Shown: piece after piece, positions 26,680 through 41,029 of the stretch | How the letters are laid out: the number at the start of each line of letters is the position of its first letter | How positions within the stretch are numbered: the stretch's first letter is position 1 | DNA from: Eledone cirrhosa | Taxonomy: Eukaryota | Direction: 5' to 3' | NCBI GenBank assembly: GCA_964016885.1 | Contig: OZ024746.1 | Coordinates: forward strand, 92,008,001-92,072,000 | Length of the DNA stretch: 64,000 nt | The notes under the pieces: generated by a model | What the model was told of the DNA's origin: nothing | The model's database searches: none | Seen by the model: the letters and a program-made list of their open reading frames with translations, nothing else | Translations under genes and position numbers: made by a program

Positions 26680-27545
26680 TTAGCTGATGTACCCATCTTC
26701 TCCCGGCTAAACAGATGATATGAGAAGACAAATTGAAGAGAAAATGACTGTATTTGGATGGTTGTCTAGTTTACAGTACGAGGCGAGACTGTGGTATGTA
26801 TGTTACAAAAAACATAAACAGTAAAACAAAATCTTCCAGATACACCAGATTCTTCGTTTTACCGTTCATGCAGAGTATTTGAAGATTTCCACTCGTTTCC
26901 ACTCGTGAACACCCTACATATAACTATCCAGGGGTAGAAAGCGATGTTCTTGTATTCAATTCTACAACTTTGAAACTCTGAACCTGAGCTTTATGTAAGG
27001 TCATAGCAAAACTGGCTCTAACAGGGAAGTCTTGAGAATTTGAATGGCAGCTCGGTAGAGGAAGGGATAAGGGGAGTCTTGAGAATTTGAATGGCAGCTC
27101 GGTAGAGGAAGGGATAAGGGGAGTCTTGAGAATTTGAATAGCAGCTCGGTAGAGGAAGGGATAAGGGGAGTCTTGAGAATTTGAATGGCAGCTCGGTAGA
27201 GGAAGGGATAAGGGGAGTCTTGAGAATTTGAATGGCAGCTCGGTAGAGGAAGGGATAAGGGGAGTCTTGAGAATTTGAATGGCAGCTCGGTAGAGGAAGG
27301 GATAAGGGGAGTCTTGAAAATTTGAATGGCAGCTCGGTAGAGGAAAGGATAAGGGGAGTCTTGGAATTTGAATGGCAGCGCGGTAGAGGAAGGGATAAGG
27401 GGAGTCTTGGAATTTGAATGGCAGCGCGGTAGAGGAAGGGATAAGGGGAGTCTTGGAATTTGAATGGCAGCGCGGTAGAGGAAGGGATAAGGGAAATCTT
27501 GGGAATAAATGCATTTTTTCCTTAATGATTGCCTCCAAGAGTAGT
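26680..27545 (-). mobile_element. Helitron RepHel helicase (Pif1-type) C-terminal remnant
   Basis: PLIPSSTELPFKFSRL / FPVRASFAMTLHKAQVQSFKVV / G*LYVGCSRV / GKTKNLVY, corresponding to SF1 helicase motifs V-VI; followed by a degenerate Helitron 3' end. Confidence 0.8.
27029..27503. repeat. 47-bp minisatellite, ~10 copies
   Basis: Unit GTCTTGAGAATTTGAATGGCAGCTCGGTAGAGGAAGGGATAAGGGGA; starts at 27029, 27076 and onward. Confidence 0.95.
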
Positions 27546-27841
27546 GACCTCTAGGAGATGGTTCATCATCCTCCTGACTGTAAAGTGTGTGCCATAGCAA
27601 ACATACACACTCACAGACATACACTCATATACAAAATGTAATGTCGTCGTGTTATAAGATATCAGTTTACTTAGTTGGCTACTAGCTGAATGGCCCGGCG
27701 TTGCTCGGGATTTACTCTAGGGTTCTTATATATTTGATATATATGTATCCTTATCGAGCCTTGTGAAGTAAATACGTTTGTTTATATTTTGTTATTGTGT
27801 ATGCAAACTTATCTGTACACGAATATATATATATATATATG

Positions 27842-28070
27842 TATAAATATTTTGTACCTCCAAAGAAATACGGTTTTAGGAAGCCGTAGCTATGCAGACA
27901 CCGGGGGGCTAACGCCCTCTGGTAATGTCCGGCAGAAGCAAGGGGGACAACCGTCTCTGCATTTCAGGCTTAACTGGCCTTCGTCAGGACGGTCCCTCCC
28001 GCCCCAAGCGGTGTTTGCATAGCTACGGCTTCCTAAAACTGTATTTCTTTGGAGATACAAAATATTTATA
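27842..28070. mobile_element. Short inverted-repeat element (~62-bp arms) enclosing a hammerhead fold; probable PLE pseudo-LTR with inverted tail
   Basis: Arms 27842-27903 and 28009-28070; minus-strand hammerhead at 27951-27992; lies in TA-rich microsatellite. Confidence 0.65.
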
Positions 28071-28113
28071 AATATTATATAATATAAAGCTATGCTTGAA
28101 GCGAAATCCTATT

Positions 28114-28210
<97 letters not shown>

Positions 28211-28406
28211 AATATGACGAAGGAAATGTGGTAAGGAACCAGATGGACCATAACGCACCAAAGTACTCAATACTTAGGGTAGTAGAGGGTGTAATAGGAA
28301 CGAGTAAGACCCCGACGGCTGAGCTCAAGCGGTTTCGACGGCTAATTCAGTCCAGAATAAGCCGTCGAAACGGCTTGAGCTCAGCCATCGGACCCCTACT
28401 CGTTCC

Positions 28407-29177
<771 letters not shown>

Positions 29178-29336
29178 TTTTTAACTCTGATACTGGTTCA
29201 GTCTAGTTCAACTGAATTGGTTTGTCCCAGTCATTCATTGAGCAACATCGGTGAAGTTGGCACCCTTAACTCACAGTTGGGTGCGGATGCATTCATGTAT
29301 ATATGTGTGTGTCCGCATGTATCTGTGTGTTTCTAA

Positions 29337-29428
<92 letters not shown>

Positions 29429-29439
29429 TAACAGATTAA

Positions 29440-29490
29440 AGTTTAAGCAAAGAATCGCTGCTTTCACCCTTAACGGGATCTTCTGAAACT
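29440..29490 (-). ncRNA. Variant type I hammerhead (CAGAAGA core), copy 2
   Basis: Near-identical to 18195-18245; the host repeat 29423-29710 matches 18178-18470. Confidence 0.6.
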
Positions 29491-29977
29491 AAAAAGATCA
29501 ATCTGTGAACGCAGAAGTAAATATTTCGAAAAACGTTACACACTATATATATATACACACTATATATACATATATATACACACACACACACCGTCATAAT
29601 GTCGTAATGCAGGCATACAGACATACAGACATACAGACAGATATTATAAGGTCGCAACGTTGTAGCTATGTATCTATCTAAAAAGAAAGACTAAGAATTA
29701 TAGAGAGGGTAGGGAGTGAGACAGACAGACAGACATTCTCTGTTTTAGATATATTTCATTTCATTTGAGTTTGAGTCCATGCTCAGGCCAAGTCGAAGAC
29801 TCCACCCTCATATATAGATAGTAAATTATTTTAGATAAAGTGTTATATCGTTTTAATGAAAATAAAATCATGTTTTCACTCCCGGGGTCTTAGACAATGT
29901 GATTAATTTATTTGGTCCAGCCATTCGGGTATGCATAAGGAAAAGACAGACAGAGTGACAAATAATTATATATATAT

Positions 29978-30124
<147 letters not shown>

Positions 30125-30142
30125 TGTGTGTGTGTGTGTGTG

Positions 30143-30374
30143 TACCATAAGTACAAGGAAAGTGCTGAAGCACAAAATGCTATAAAAATAGCTTATAAAG
30201 TAGGTTGAAGACCGTTAAAAGACGGAAAACGAAGTTGCCATTGAAGAAGTTGCTATCGGCGGCTATGAGGAAACCCTGGCGACTTCTTTTCCCGTCTTTT
30301 AATAGTCTTCAACCTACTTGATAAACTATTTTTATAGCATTTCTGCGCTTCAGCACACTTTTTATACTCATGTA
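30143..30374. repeat. Imperfect foldback (~95-bp arms) between microsatellites
   Basis: GTGCTGAAGCACAAAATGCTATAAAAATAG...GTAGGTTGAAGAC..TTAAAAGACGG..GAAGTTGCCA, mirrored from 30278 onward. Confidence 0.8.
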
Positions 30375-30403
30375 TATATATATAAACACACACATATATA
30401 TAT

Positions 30404-30434
<31 letters not shown>

Positions 30435-30540
30435 GGAAAAAGTATGACCCCCGACGGCAGAGCTCAAGCCGATTCGACGGCTATTTCTTGAGTACTCTGG
30501 TGCGTTATGGTCCATCTGGTTCCTTACCACAATTCCTTCG

Positions 30541-30574
<34 letters not shown>

Positions 30575-32019
30575 TTTACTCTTTTTTTCTTTACATATGT
30601 GTGTTTTTTGTAGGTATATATATACTTGGTTTTATGACACAAATGTATTTATTTGACATAAACAAGGTGGTGGCAGCTATTGATAGAAGTGATTGATATA
30701 GAGAGCGTGTAGGTTAGGGGGGGGGAGCCTTAATTATCAGGTTATATGTATTCTAATTAAGTTTATGGGAACAGAAAGTTAGATTTGGGGAGAGTTTTTC
30801 TCCTATTTTTCATTTTATTTCATCTTATTTTTATCACCATCATCATTATTATTTCATCACCATCATCATTATTATTATTGTTATTTTTATTATTATTATT
30901 ATTATTATTGTTGTTGTTGTTGTTGTTGTTGTTATCATTATCATCGTTGTTGTTGTTGTTGTTGTTTGTGCGGTCTTTCGAAGCGAAGAGAAGTTTATTA
31001 AGGAGTGAAATTGCAAGTGTTGGATAAAAATCAAATGGCTATGCCATCTAATTAATGGAAATAAGCTGTAACAGCATCTCAGGACCGTGGAGACATCTGT
31101 CAAAATTAGAACGACACGTGTCTGTGTGTATGTGTGTGTGTGTAGCAAATACTCTCTCTCTCTCATACACACAGACTTCTACCAAAGAGGACTACACACA
31201 CATATTTCTGAATCTATTTGTTAAATAAATTACCCTGACCAGACATGAAATCTATCCCTAACCCTAACCCTAACTTTATCCAGCACTCTCAGACGAATTC
31301 TTTTTTAATGAAACTGATAAAGATAATAGAGGGCTTCATTTCAGATGGAGTCGTAGTGTTTTGTGCATTTTAAACCTTGTGGTGACCATCCCCCTCCAGG
31401 TCTGAACACAGCTGATTTCTTCAGAGACGGAGAGGGGGAGGGGTGGAAGAGGGGGGACGGACCAAACCCAGTACTGAGCTGGTACTTTATTTACCCATCT
31501 TGAGTAAAGTTGAGCTCGCGGAGATTTGAAATCAGTACACAGAAATCCGAAACAAATCCCGAAGCATTTTTAATCCAACACCCTGATGGACTTCGAATGA
31601 AACAGGACTACTCCTTTAAGAGTCATTCTATTTTTTTTTAAATAAATCAATATTTCCTCTCTATTGATCCATTGAGTACCTTACAGTATTAACAATTATT
31701 TATGATTATATATATATGTGTGTGTATAAACCTTTATATATTTATATAAAGGTTTATATACACATATATATAATCATATATACCCCAAAATTCAATTATA
31801 TTCAAAACAATCCTATTTTCTTAATTCCTTTCCTCCCTACCCACTCTATCCTACTCTTAATCTCTACACTCTCCTTTTCCATCCCTCTCTTTATACCTTC
31901 TCTACCATCTCTACCTCCATATATGGTCAACAACAAAACCTTCAACATATGAGACCCGGATAGTAACACTGAAGCAACACCTTCAACAGAGGAAAAAGGT
32001 TGGCAACCATCTTGCCCAG

Positions 32020-33015
32020 GTTTATGAGCATGAAAAAAAAAATATCATTAGAATAGCGACTGATCTGGAGGAGAGATATGGAATAAAGCCTGATATAAAT
32101 CTCTCACCCAGAGAAATCGGAAGATCCTATTCAATGTTCAAACAAGATGAAAATATTGACCAATTTACAGAAAAAGTTGTGCATGGATACTTGAGACGTA
32201 AATCACAGACCATAGAGGGGATAAACCACTCAAAAAGCCTGGCATGGAGTTCCGACAAGTTTATGACATCACACCTTGAGGGATATCTCTATGCAATACA
32301 GGAACAAGAACTCCCTACCAAATATCTGCTGCACAAAAGGGGAGAGCCAGCAGCTGACAATAAATGTAGGCTATGTAAAACAAAGATCGAAGATGTAAGC
32401 CACATTGTTGCCAGCTGCGAAAGAATGTCATCTCGCTACTACCTCCCCATGAGATACGATGGGATAGCTAGAACCATCTGGAACGCACTTCGGAAAACAA
32501 AATTAGCAACAAACGAGGAAGAATATATTGAGACAGATGGCACTAAGGAATACTGGTGGAACCTGAAAATAAAAACTGCCACCAAATTAAAGCACAACCG
32601 GCCTGATATTGTTGTTTGGGACCACATATTGAAAACGTGTTCTGTTGTGGAGATCAGCTGCCCACTTGATGTAAACGTTGTCAGAAAAATACAGGAGAAG
32701 GAGGACATCTACGGACCATTGATGAGGAGTTTACAAATCCAGTATCCAAGATACACCTTTAGCTTCATACCCATCATTATTGGAGTTGCGGGTTATATAC
32801 CAACCCGCTTGGACCAATGTATAACTGAACCTGGATTTGCGGACAAAGAGCGCAGCTCCCTAATTCATAGTCTACAAATGGCTGCGATAGTTGGCACCTT
32901 CAAAATTTGCAAAAGATTCTTGCGATTCAAGGGATGACAAATTCTTTTCTTTTACAACCTTGCCACCAGGAAGGTGGCCGGTCAAAAATATACTCGAAAT
33001 TAAGAGAAAGAGAGA
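32020..33015 (+). mobile_element. R4/Dong-clade LINE 3' fragment (CCHC zinc knuckle plus REL endonuclease); ORF 32134-32937
   Basis: EGYLYAIQEQEL.TK, CRLC....EDVSHIVASC, HNRPDIVVWD....C.VVEISCP.D.N...K..EK...Y. Confidence 0.85.
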
Positions 33016-33477
33016 ACATACACACATGCATACATATATACATACATACATCCATCCATCCATAAATACATACATCCATACATAGATACATACTTCCATA
33101 CATACACACATCCATACATACATACAGCCTTACCTACTTACTAATGTACCAACCTACCAACCAAGCCTTCATATCACAGACATTCTGTGAAGACATGAAA
33201 TATTTGTTGGCATATTAAAGAGAGAAAAAACATAACATTCCGCTGATTGAAAAGATTATTGATTGAAGTCTATAAAACCATTCAGCTTTGAAAGAACTTT
33301 ACAAATATGAATATATAAGTCTTCTGTTTTTGGCGTTCATTGGTGGTCTGGGGGTCTCGAAAAATGTTTGCTCTCCTTTCTATAATGTTACAATGAACCT
33401 GCTATAGATGTTTTCCACAATAAATCTCTGGGCGAGATATCTTCAAAAATAAAACAGGAATATATTTACAACAGTAT

Positions 33478-33690
33478 AAAACTGTTGTTGTATGTAGTGT
33501 GTTAAGCTATATAACAACAGTATATATAACTACTGTTGTATGTGGTGTGTTATACTGTATAACAACAGCTATATAACTGCTGTATGTGGTGTGTTAAACT
33601 GTATAACAACAGCTATATAACTGCTGTATGTGGTGTGTTAAACTATATTACAACAGCTTATAACTACTGTTGTATGTGGTGTATCAAACC
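33478..33690. repeat. ~44-49-bp minisatellite (TGTATGTGGTGTGTTAAACT.TATAACAACAG.TATATAACT)
   Basis: 4-5 degenerate tandem units. Confidence 0.8.
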
Positions 33691-33694
33691 AGCA

Positions 33695-34380
33695 TATTAC
33701 AAATATCTTGCAGAATTTGAAAATGAAATTGTCAAAATGACACTTGGTGTCAAATTGAGGAAAGATCCATACAAAGGTCAGGAGCAGCTGGAAAATATAA
33801 GGGATATGATTTAGGAACTTCAGAAAACTAAGACAATTCTCGTCCATATTAAACTAATAAACAGTGAACTTAGAAATAACTATTAAAACGGCCTCAGAAA
33901 ACCTTGAATCAATAAATAGGGAAGCTAAGGAAATGGTCACTAAGCTAGAGATCGAACACCGCACCGAACCTTACATACATTGAACACCGAGGATTAATAT
34001 TAAAGACCATAAACATAATTTTGAATCAGATCTACCAGTTAGACTTATAGCACCATCTAAATCTCACTTAGTAAGTAAGCGTATACTAAACAGGATAATA
34101 CCACCATTGAAGCTGAGGACCCAACTATAACTAAGGGATGGAACCAATGAGGTTATTGATTGGTTCACAGAACTAGAGAACAAAAATAGGACTAAATTCC
34201 TACAAATGGACATAGCTAACTACCACTCATCAATTTCACCAACACTACTAAATAAGACCCTGATTTATGTTATGAAATATACGGATGTTATTCGTGAGGA
34301 AGATAACATTATTCTAACGACCAGAAAAACTATAAAAGATTTCAACGGAGGATTATGTGATGACATAAACTGCAATCTCT
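33695..34380 (+). mobile_element. Degraded PLE RT N-terminal fragment
   Basis: IKDHKHNFESDLPVRLIAPSKS, EVIDWF, FLQMDIANYHSSIS..LLNK; paralogous to 47850-48786. Confidence 0.8.
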
Positions 34381-34630
34381 CCTGCCAAATATGATAAACA
34401 ATAGATTTGGATGGCGACAGAGATTCATGAAAATCCAAGCAGTGCGGCCTGACTTGTCGAGAAATGGAAGTGAAACTACTACATAACATAAATTGATTGC
34501 ATATTAAATGAAGATAGGCTGTGGCGACTAAATCTAATCTTTGATAGGTCCATTGGCTACATACATACATACATACATACATACATACATACATACATAC
34601 ATACATACATACATACATACATACATACAT

Positions 34631-35160
34631 AAAACAAAATTAACAACAAACGAGGAAGAATATATTGAGACAGATGGCACTAAGGAATACTGGTGGAAAC
34701 TGAAAATAAAAACTGCCACCAAATTAAAGCACAACCGGCCTGATATTGTTGTTTGGGACCACACATTGAAAACGTGTTCTGTTGTGGAGATCAGCGGCTC
34801 ATTTGATGTAAAGGTTGTCAGAAAAATACAGGAGAAGGAGGACATCTACGGACCATTGATGAGGAGTTTACAAATCCAGTATCCAAAATACACCTTTAGC
34901 TTCATACCCATCATTATTGGAGCTACGGGTTATATACCAACCCGCTTGGACCAAAGTATGACTGAACTTGGATTTGCGGACAAAGAGCGCAGCTCCCTAA
35001 TTCATAGTCTACAAATGGCTGCGATAGCTGGCACCTTCAAAATTTGCAAAACATTCTTGCGATTCAAGGGATGACAATTTCTTTTCTTTTACAACCTTGC
35101 AACCAGGAAGGTGGCCGGTCAAAAAAATATACTCGAAATTAAGAGAAAGAGATAACTATA
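34631..35160 (+). mobile_element. Second, more 5'-truncated copy of the R4/Dong-type LINE
   Basis: Near-identical to 32494-33015; preceded by (TACA)n and followed by TACATACATAC. Confidence 0.9.
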
Positions 35161-35428
35161 ATACATACATACACGGTGATTTTGGATGGCCATTGACTCT
35201 TAAGAGCTCCTTTGCCCTTTGACAGGTTTTGTTTTTAGTCCTGCAGGATGTCCAAAGTCACCCTCCTGTTTAGCGCATCGGTAGGGGTTCTCCTACATGG
35301 ATATAAAGTAGTGGCCGTACTCGAAAACGAGTTGGCAGCCACCATATATAGTTATATAGGTAATAAAATGTAGATTAATGTGCGATAACTTCCATCGAAG
35401 ACCGTTGGCAGCCATGTTGGTTGACATC

Positions 35429-35688
35429 GATCAAACAGTGACACTGGATCAAACAGTGACACTGGATCAAATAGTGACACTGGATCAAACAGTGTCACTG
35501 GATCAAACAGTGACACTAGATCAAACAGTGACACTGGATCAAACAGTGACACTGGATCAAACAGTGATACTGGATCAAACAGTGACACTGGATCAAACAG
35601 TGACACTGGATCAAACAGTGACACTGGATCAAACAGTGACACTGGATCAAACAGTTACACTGGATCAAACAGTGACACTGGATCAAAC
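35429..35688. repeat. 18-bp minisatellite GATCAAACAGTGACACTG, ~14 copies
   Basis: Tandem units; gives the TVTLDQ repeat ORF. Confidence 0.95.
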
Positions 35689-35758
35689 GTGGGCTTTCAG
35701 AAATGATCAGTATCATCTGATATATGATACACTTGTGTTTTTGTCTGTCACTAGAGAT

Positions 35759-36104
35759 GACTGAGAAAGGAAGGGGTGATGACGTCGACTGATAAAGTAA
35801 GGGGCGATAACGTTGACTGAGGAAGGAAGGGATGATAACGTTGACTGAGGAAGGAAGGGGTGATGACGTCGTCGACTGAGGAAGGAAGGGGTGGTGACGT
35901 TGACTGAGGAAGGAAGCGGTGGTGACGTCGACTGAGGAAGGAAGGGGTGACGACGTCGACTAAGAAAGGAAGGGGTGATGACGTTGATTGAGGAAGGAAG
36001 GGGTGATGACGTCGACTAAGAAAGGAAGGGGTGATGACGTCGACTGAGGAAGGAAGGGGTGATAACGTCGACTGAGGAAGGAAGGGGTGATAACGTCGAC
36101 TGAG
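35759..36104. repeat. 28-bp minisatellite GACTGAGGAAGGAAGGGGTGATGACGTC, ~12 copies
   Basis: Tandem units visible. Confidence 0.95.
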
Positions 36105-36747
36105 TAAGGTTTGTATGTGTGTATCAATCGTGTGAGCGCGAAGGAACCAACCAACAAACAAACATCTTTTTTTTTATATTATGAATAGATATTACAATTA
36201 GCCGTCATTTTTGACGGCACGAGACCAGCTAGTTTTAGAAATAATACTTAATTACTGTAGAAAAACATTAAAGCTACGAGAGAAACACGTGAAAGCTATA
36301 TTTCGGATATTGGTTAGATTCTATGACAAAGGTATTAACATCTACAACGTTTTGATCCAGGTAAGGTTCCAACTGAGATGTGACATCGTAAATTATTTCA
36401 TGAAAATCATTAAAGACCGGAGATCTTATGGCTGACATTTCAAAGCATTCAATTGGTCCAGATCTATTGATATATCTGGATATGGAATGGAAGGATAGGA
36501 GATTACCAGGGTCGGCTGACAAGTTCATAGGATGACTATGAAGGAGTGATGCTAGAGCTGGGAAATCTTGCATGCATTAATTTCAACTCTTCTTATAAAT
36601 AACTGCATTGGTCATTCCATGAGAGTATCTTAGTCAGCCTATGAACATTTCAGCTGACCTCTGTAAACTTCATATGTTAATGAATAAATTCTAAACACAA
36701 TACCAAATTTTGAAGTTAGTGGAATCAATCCTACTAAATAAGTATTA

Positions 36748-36912
36748 ATAATTGTTTCTACTTTTGGCACAAGGCCAGCAATTACCCACTTTATTTTATC
36801 GACCCCCGTAAGGATGAAAGGCAAAGTTAACCTCGGCGGGATTTGAACTCAGATCGTAAAGGGACGTAACTATGCTGGAAAGCATGGCGTCCGACCCTCT
36901 ACTGATACTGCC
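36748..36912 (-). mobile_element. SINE family A
   Basis: Reverse-complement copy with a small internal deletion. Confidence 0.8.
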
Positions 36913-37444
36913 AAACAACTCAACTCCGACTTCGAGGCGTGATGGGGGGGGGGGGGGGGGGGGGTTTAAAGGTAAAGTTGTTAGACATGTTGTTAGAAGC
37001 AACAATACAGAACTTCACATAGAAACTAATGATGACCATTTGTCCTGCTGGAAACAACAGCTAAACCTCTCTCGAATTACATCTTTGAAAAATATATATT
37101 GAATAATATGGTTCAGGATACACTATACCTGACAAACAAACGGTGATAGTCATGACTGGAATACATTTCATCAGAGGTCTGTTGGATCAAGGTTTGGGGT
37201 CACATTTTCTAGGTTTACCTGTATTCCCTCCTCACCAGGTTGCCATCCCTCTTCAGCCTCCATTCCCTCCAAAATCTTACATAACATTAATGAAGTATTA
37301 CTGGTCGTGTCCATTTGTTTTTTTACCGGAGAAAGGTTCAATCGTCTTCCTGGTCGTCGTCTCCAGGAGGAACAGGCGAAAGATTTCCGTATCCTTGGAA
37401 TTACGACCGGCTGTTCTTTGAAAACAGGGATTTCTGGGGACCTC

Positions 37445-37609
37445 CTGTTGTTGTTGATGTTGTTTCTGCTGTTGTTGTTGTTGCTGCTGTTGCTGTTGTT
37501 GCTGTTGCTGTTGCTGTTGTTGTTGTTGTTGCTGCTGTTGCTGCTGCTGTTGCTGACGTTGTTGTTGTTGTTGTTGTTGTTGTTGCTGTTGTTGATGTTG
37601 TTTCTGCTA

Positions 37610-37642
<33 letters not shown>

Positions 37643-38292
37643 CTGTTGCAGTTGTTGTTGTTGCTGTTGTTGCTGTTGGTGTTGGTGTTGTTGTTGTTGT
37701 TATTGCTGATGCTGTTGTTGTTGTTGTTGTTGTTGTTGTTGCTGTTGTTGTTACTGTTGCTGTTGTTGTTTTTGCTGTTGCTGTTGTTGCTGCTGTTGCT
37801 GTTGTTGTCGTTGCTGTTGCACTGCTGCTGCTGTAGTGCTGTTGTGGTGCTGCTGTGCTGCTGCTGTTGCTGTTGTACTGCTGCTGCTGCTGTTACTGTT
37901 GTACTGCTACTGCTGCTGTTGTTGGTGCTGTTATTGCTGTTGTTGTTGCTGTATGTTGCTGCTGTTGTTGCTGCTGTTATTATTGCCATATCTCTGCCTT
38001 TGCACCCCCCCCCTATCAAACAGGACAGAAAGGTGAACATCAGAGTTATCCTCACCAGAATTCAGTATAAAGAGCTGAAATAGTTTTAACTGAGGCACAG
38101 TTTAACGGAGAAGGTTATATCTACGCCAGTACATTACTGGTACTTTATTTTATCGACTCTGGAAGGATGAAAAGCAAAGTTAACCTCGGCGGGATTTGAA
38201 CCCAGAACGTAAAGAGCCGTAACTCTATGCCGCAAAGCATAGTGTCCGACTCTCTACTGACACTCCCAATGATAATAATAAATACCACCACC

Positions 38293-38351
<59 letters not shown>

Positions 38352-38650
38352 CTACAGCAGCAGCAACAACAACAACAACAGTAACAACAACAACAACAAC
38401 AACAACAACAGTAACAATAAGAACAACAACAGTAGTAACAACAACAACAGCAACTGCAGCAGTAACAACAACAACAGTAACAACAGAAGTAACAACAACA
38501 ACAACAGCAGCAGTAACAACAACAACAGTAGTAACAACAACAACAGTAGTAACAACAGCAGTAACAACAATAACAACAGAAGTAACAACAACAACAACAG
38601 CAGCAGTAACAACAGCAGCAGTAACAACAACAACAGTAGTAACAACTGCA
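37445..38650. repeat. Opposed degenerate (GTT/GCT)n and (CAA/CAG)n trinucleotide tracts with a SINE A copy (38127-38265) between them
   Basis: Simple repeats explain the poly-N, poly-L, poly-V and poly-C ORFs. Confidence 0.9.
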
Positions 38651-38989
38651 ACCATAAAATGAAATACTCAATACAGGGATGTTTAATGTGTTAATTATCA
38701 ATACCAAACAGCAACTATATCTTAATAAAGCTCGACTATAATGAAAGCAAAAAAAAAAAAAACCAATCGTCGATCACTCAGTAATCGTTATCCCTGATCG
38801 GGTGAAAGACATTTTCAGAAATCAATAATCGCTAAATTATTCTACCTTTCATGAAGTCTGGATATTTTCCTGTGTTACAGGAATATTTTCAATATTCTAT
38901 TATTGACGGAGTATTTATTAGAACGAGACACTAACATAAATCGCTGCCCAACTGAAACTTTTTCTCTTTATTGCTCTCAATCTTAAACC

Positions 38990-39073
<84 letters not shown>

Positions 39074-39182
39074 GCAGCGTTTCTATCGATAAAAAAACAT
39101 GACATTTGCCTTATCGATATTTCTATTTTACGGCAACAACTATTATACTCAATCTATCTATCTATCCATAGATCTCTATCTG

Positions 39183-39227
<45 letters not shown>

Positions 39228-39240
39228 TTCTTTATATATA

Positions 39241-40844
39241 TCTCTATATATATAAAATTCTTTGTCTCTCTGTCTGTCTGTCTGTCTGTTCCTATGCATT
39301 CTCAAACGGCTGGACCAAATCAAATACAATGTTACTAGGTAATAGTATTAGACCCCGGGAGTGTCAACATGTAATTTTCATTTTCATTCGGATTAAAACA
39401 ATATAAGATTTTATCTAAAATGATATTTTTATAGTCAACTATAGTAATCCAACACCACGACGACATCACATTTTGTATATGAGTGTGTATGTGTATGTGA
39501 GTGGTTGTGCGTTCGTTGTGTACGTTAGAAAATTAAACACACACGCATCTACACATACATACACATAATGTGTGTGAGTGTATGTGAGAGTGTAGACATC
39601 ACATTTTGTATATGTATGTGTCTGTCTTAGTATATATATGTGAATGTATGCTAGAGTGTATGTGTGTGCGAGTGTATGTGTGTGTGAGTGTATGTGTGTT
39701 GACAAACAACGATATTTTCTTTAGTCAACTATAGTAAACCACCACCGCCGCCACGATGACGTCACATTTTGTATATGAGTGTGTATGTGTGTGTGTGTGT
39801 CTTTGCGAGTTCGTTACATACGTTAGGCTTCAGAGAATTAAACACACATACACATCTACATACAGTAAGTTGCATACACATTATCTTCACACACAGACAA
39901 TTAAACACACACACACACACACACATTTACACATACATACACATGTGTTGACTGACAAATAATAGGTGTGCTTGAATGTATGTCTGTGTGTGTCTGTCTT
40001 AGTATATGTATGTGAGAGTGTATGTGTGTGTATGTGAGAGTGTATGTGAGAGTGTATGTGTGTGTGTGTTATGTGTGTGTGAGTGTATGTGGGTGTGATT
40101 GTATGTGAGTGTGTGTGAGAGTATGTGAGAGTGTATGTATGTGAGAGTGTATGAGTGATAATGTTTATTTTCATTTGGCTTAAAACAATAGGACGTCACA
40201 TTTTGTATATGTATAGGTACGTGTCTGTGAGTGTGTGTGTGTTTGCGCGTTCATTGGGTACGTTATGTGTGTGTGAGTGTATGTGGGTGTGCGTTTGTGT
40301 GAGTGTATGTACATGTGTGTGTGAGTGTATGTGGGTGTGAGTTTGTGTGAGTGTATGTATATGTGTGTGTGAGTGTATGTGGGTGTAAGTGTATGTGAGT
40401 GTGTATGTGTTTGCGCGTTCATTAGGTACACACACACATTTACACATACATGAATTTACACAATACATATTGTTTACCCTAAGGTACTTCAAGATTGACA
40501 GATTTTCATTTCTAAATTCTATTATCTGGCAGTATCGGTAGAGAGTCGGACACCATGCTTTGAAGCATAGAGTTACGTCCCTTTATGATCTGAGTTCAAA
40601 TCCCGCCGAGGTTAACTCTGCCTTTCATCCTTACGGGGTCGATAAAATAAAGTACCAGTAATGTACTGGGTAATTGCTGGCCTTGTGCCTAAAATTGCGA
40701 AACAATTATAATTTTGATATTTTTTTAATAAAATATAGATATTTTGAAATAATTATGAGAAAAAAAAACATATCTTCATATTTATTGTTTACTAATCTGA
40801 ATAAGAACAGCAGTAACCTGGGCAACGCCGGGTAATTCAGCTAG
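39241..40844 (+). mobile_element. Non-autonomous Helitron with internal duplicated blocks and an inserted SINE A (40526-40710)
   Basis: 5' TCTATATATATAAAATT..(GTCT)n..AACGGCTGGACCAAAT; 3' CCTGGGCAACGCCGGG...CTAG|T; the 5' part also matches 29800-29975 on the minus strand. Confidence 0.7.
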
Positions 40845-41029
40845 TGAACATACATATATATACATATCCATCTCCCTCTCGCCTCTTTCCCCTCACTCTC
40901 TCAATTTCCTGCTCTCCCCTCTCCCGTCCTCTCTCTCGCCCCCCCCCCCCCCCCCAACCCGTCTCCCCTCTCTCGCTCCCCTCTCTCGCTCCCCTCTCTC
41001 CTCTCCTCTCTCCTCCCCTCTTGACCTGG

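Noticed and set aside
31256-31274. (CCCTAA)3 telomere-like repeat (also two units at ~21462)
   Set aside because: Too short to indicate a telomeric or healing event.
35378-35764. TVTLDQ repeat protein
   Set aside because: An 18-bp minisatellite with no synonymous-site pattern or gene context.
37171-38707. Poly-Asn, poly-Leu and poly-Cys ORFs
   Set aside because: Trinucleotide microsatellites open in many frames, with no recognisable domain.
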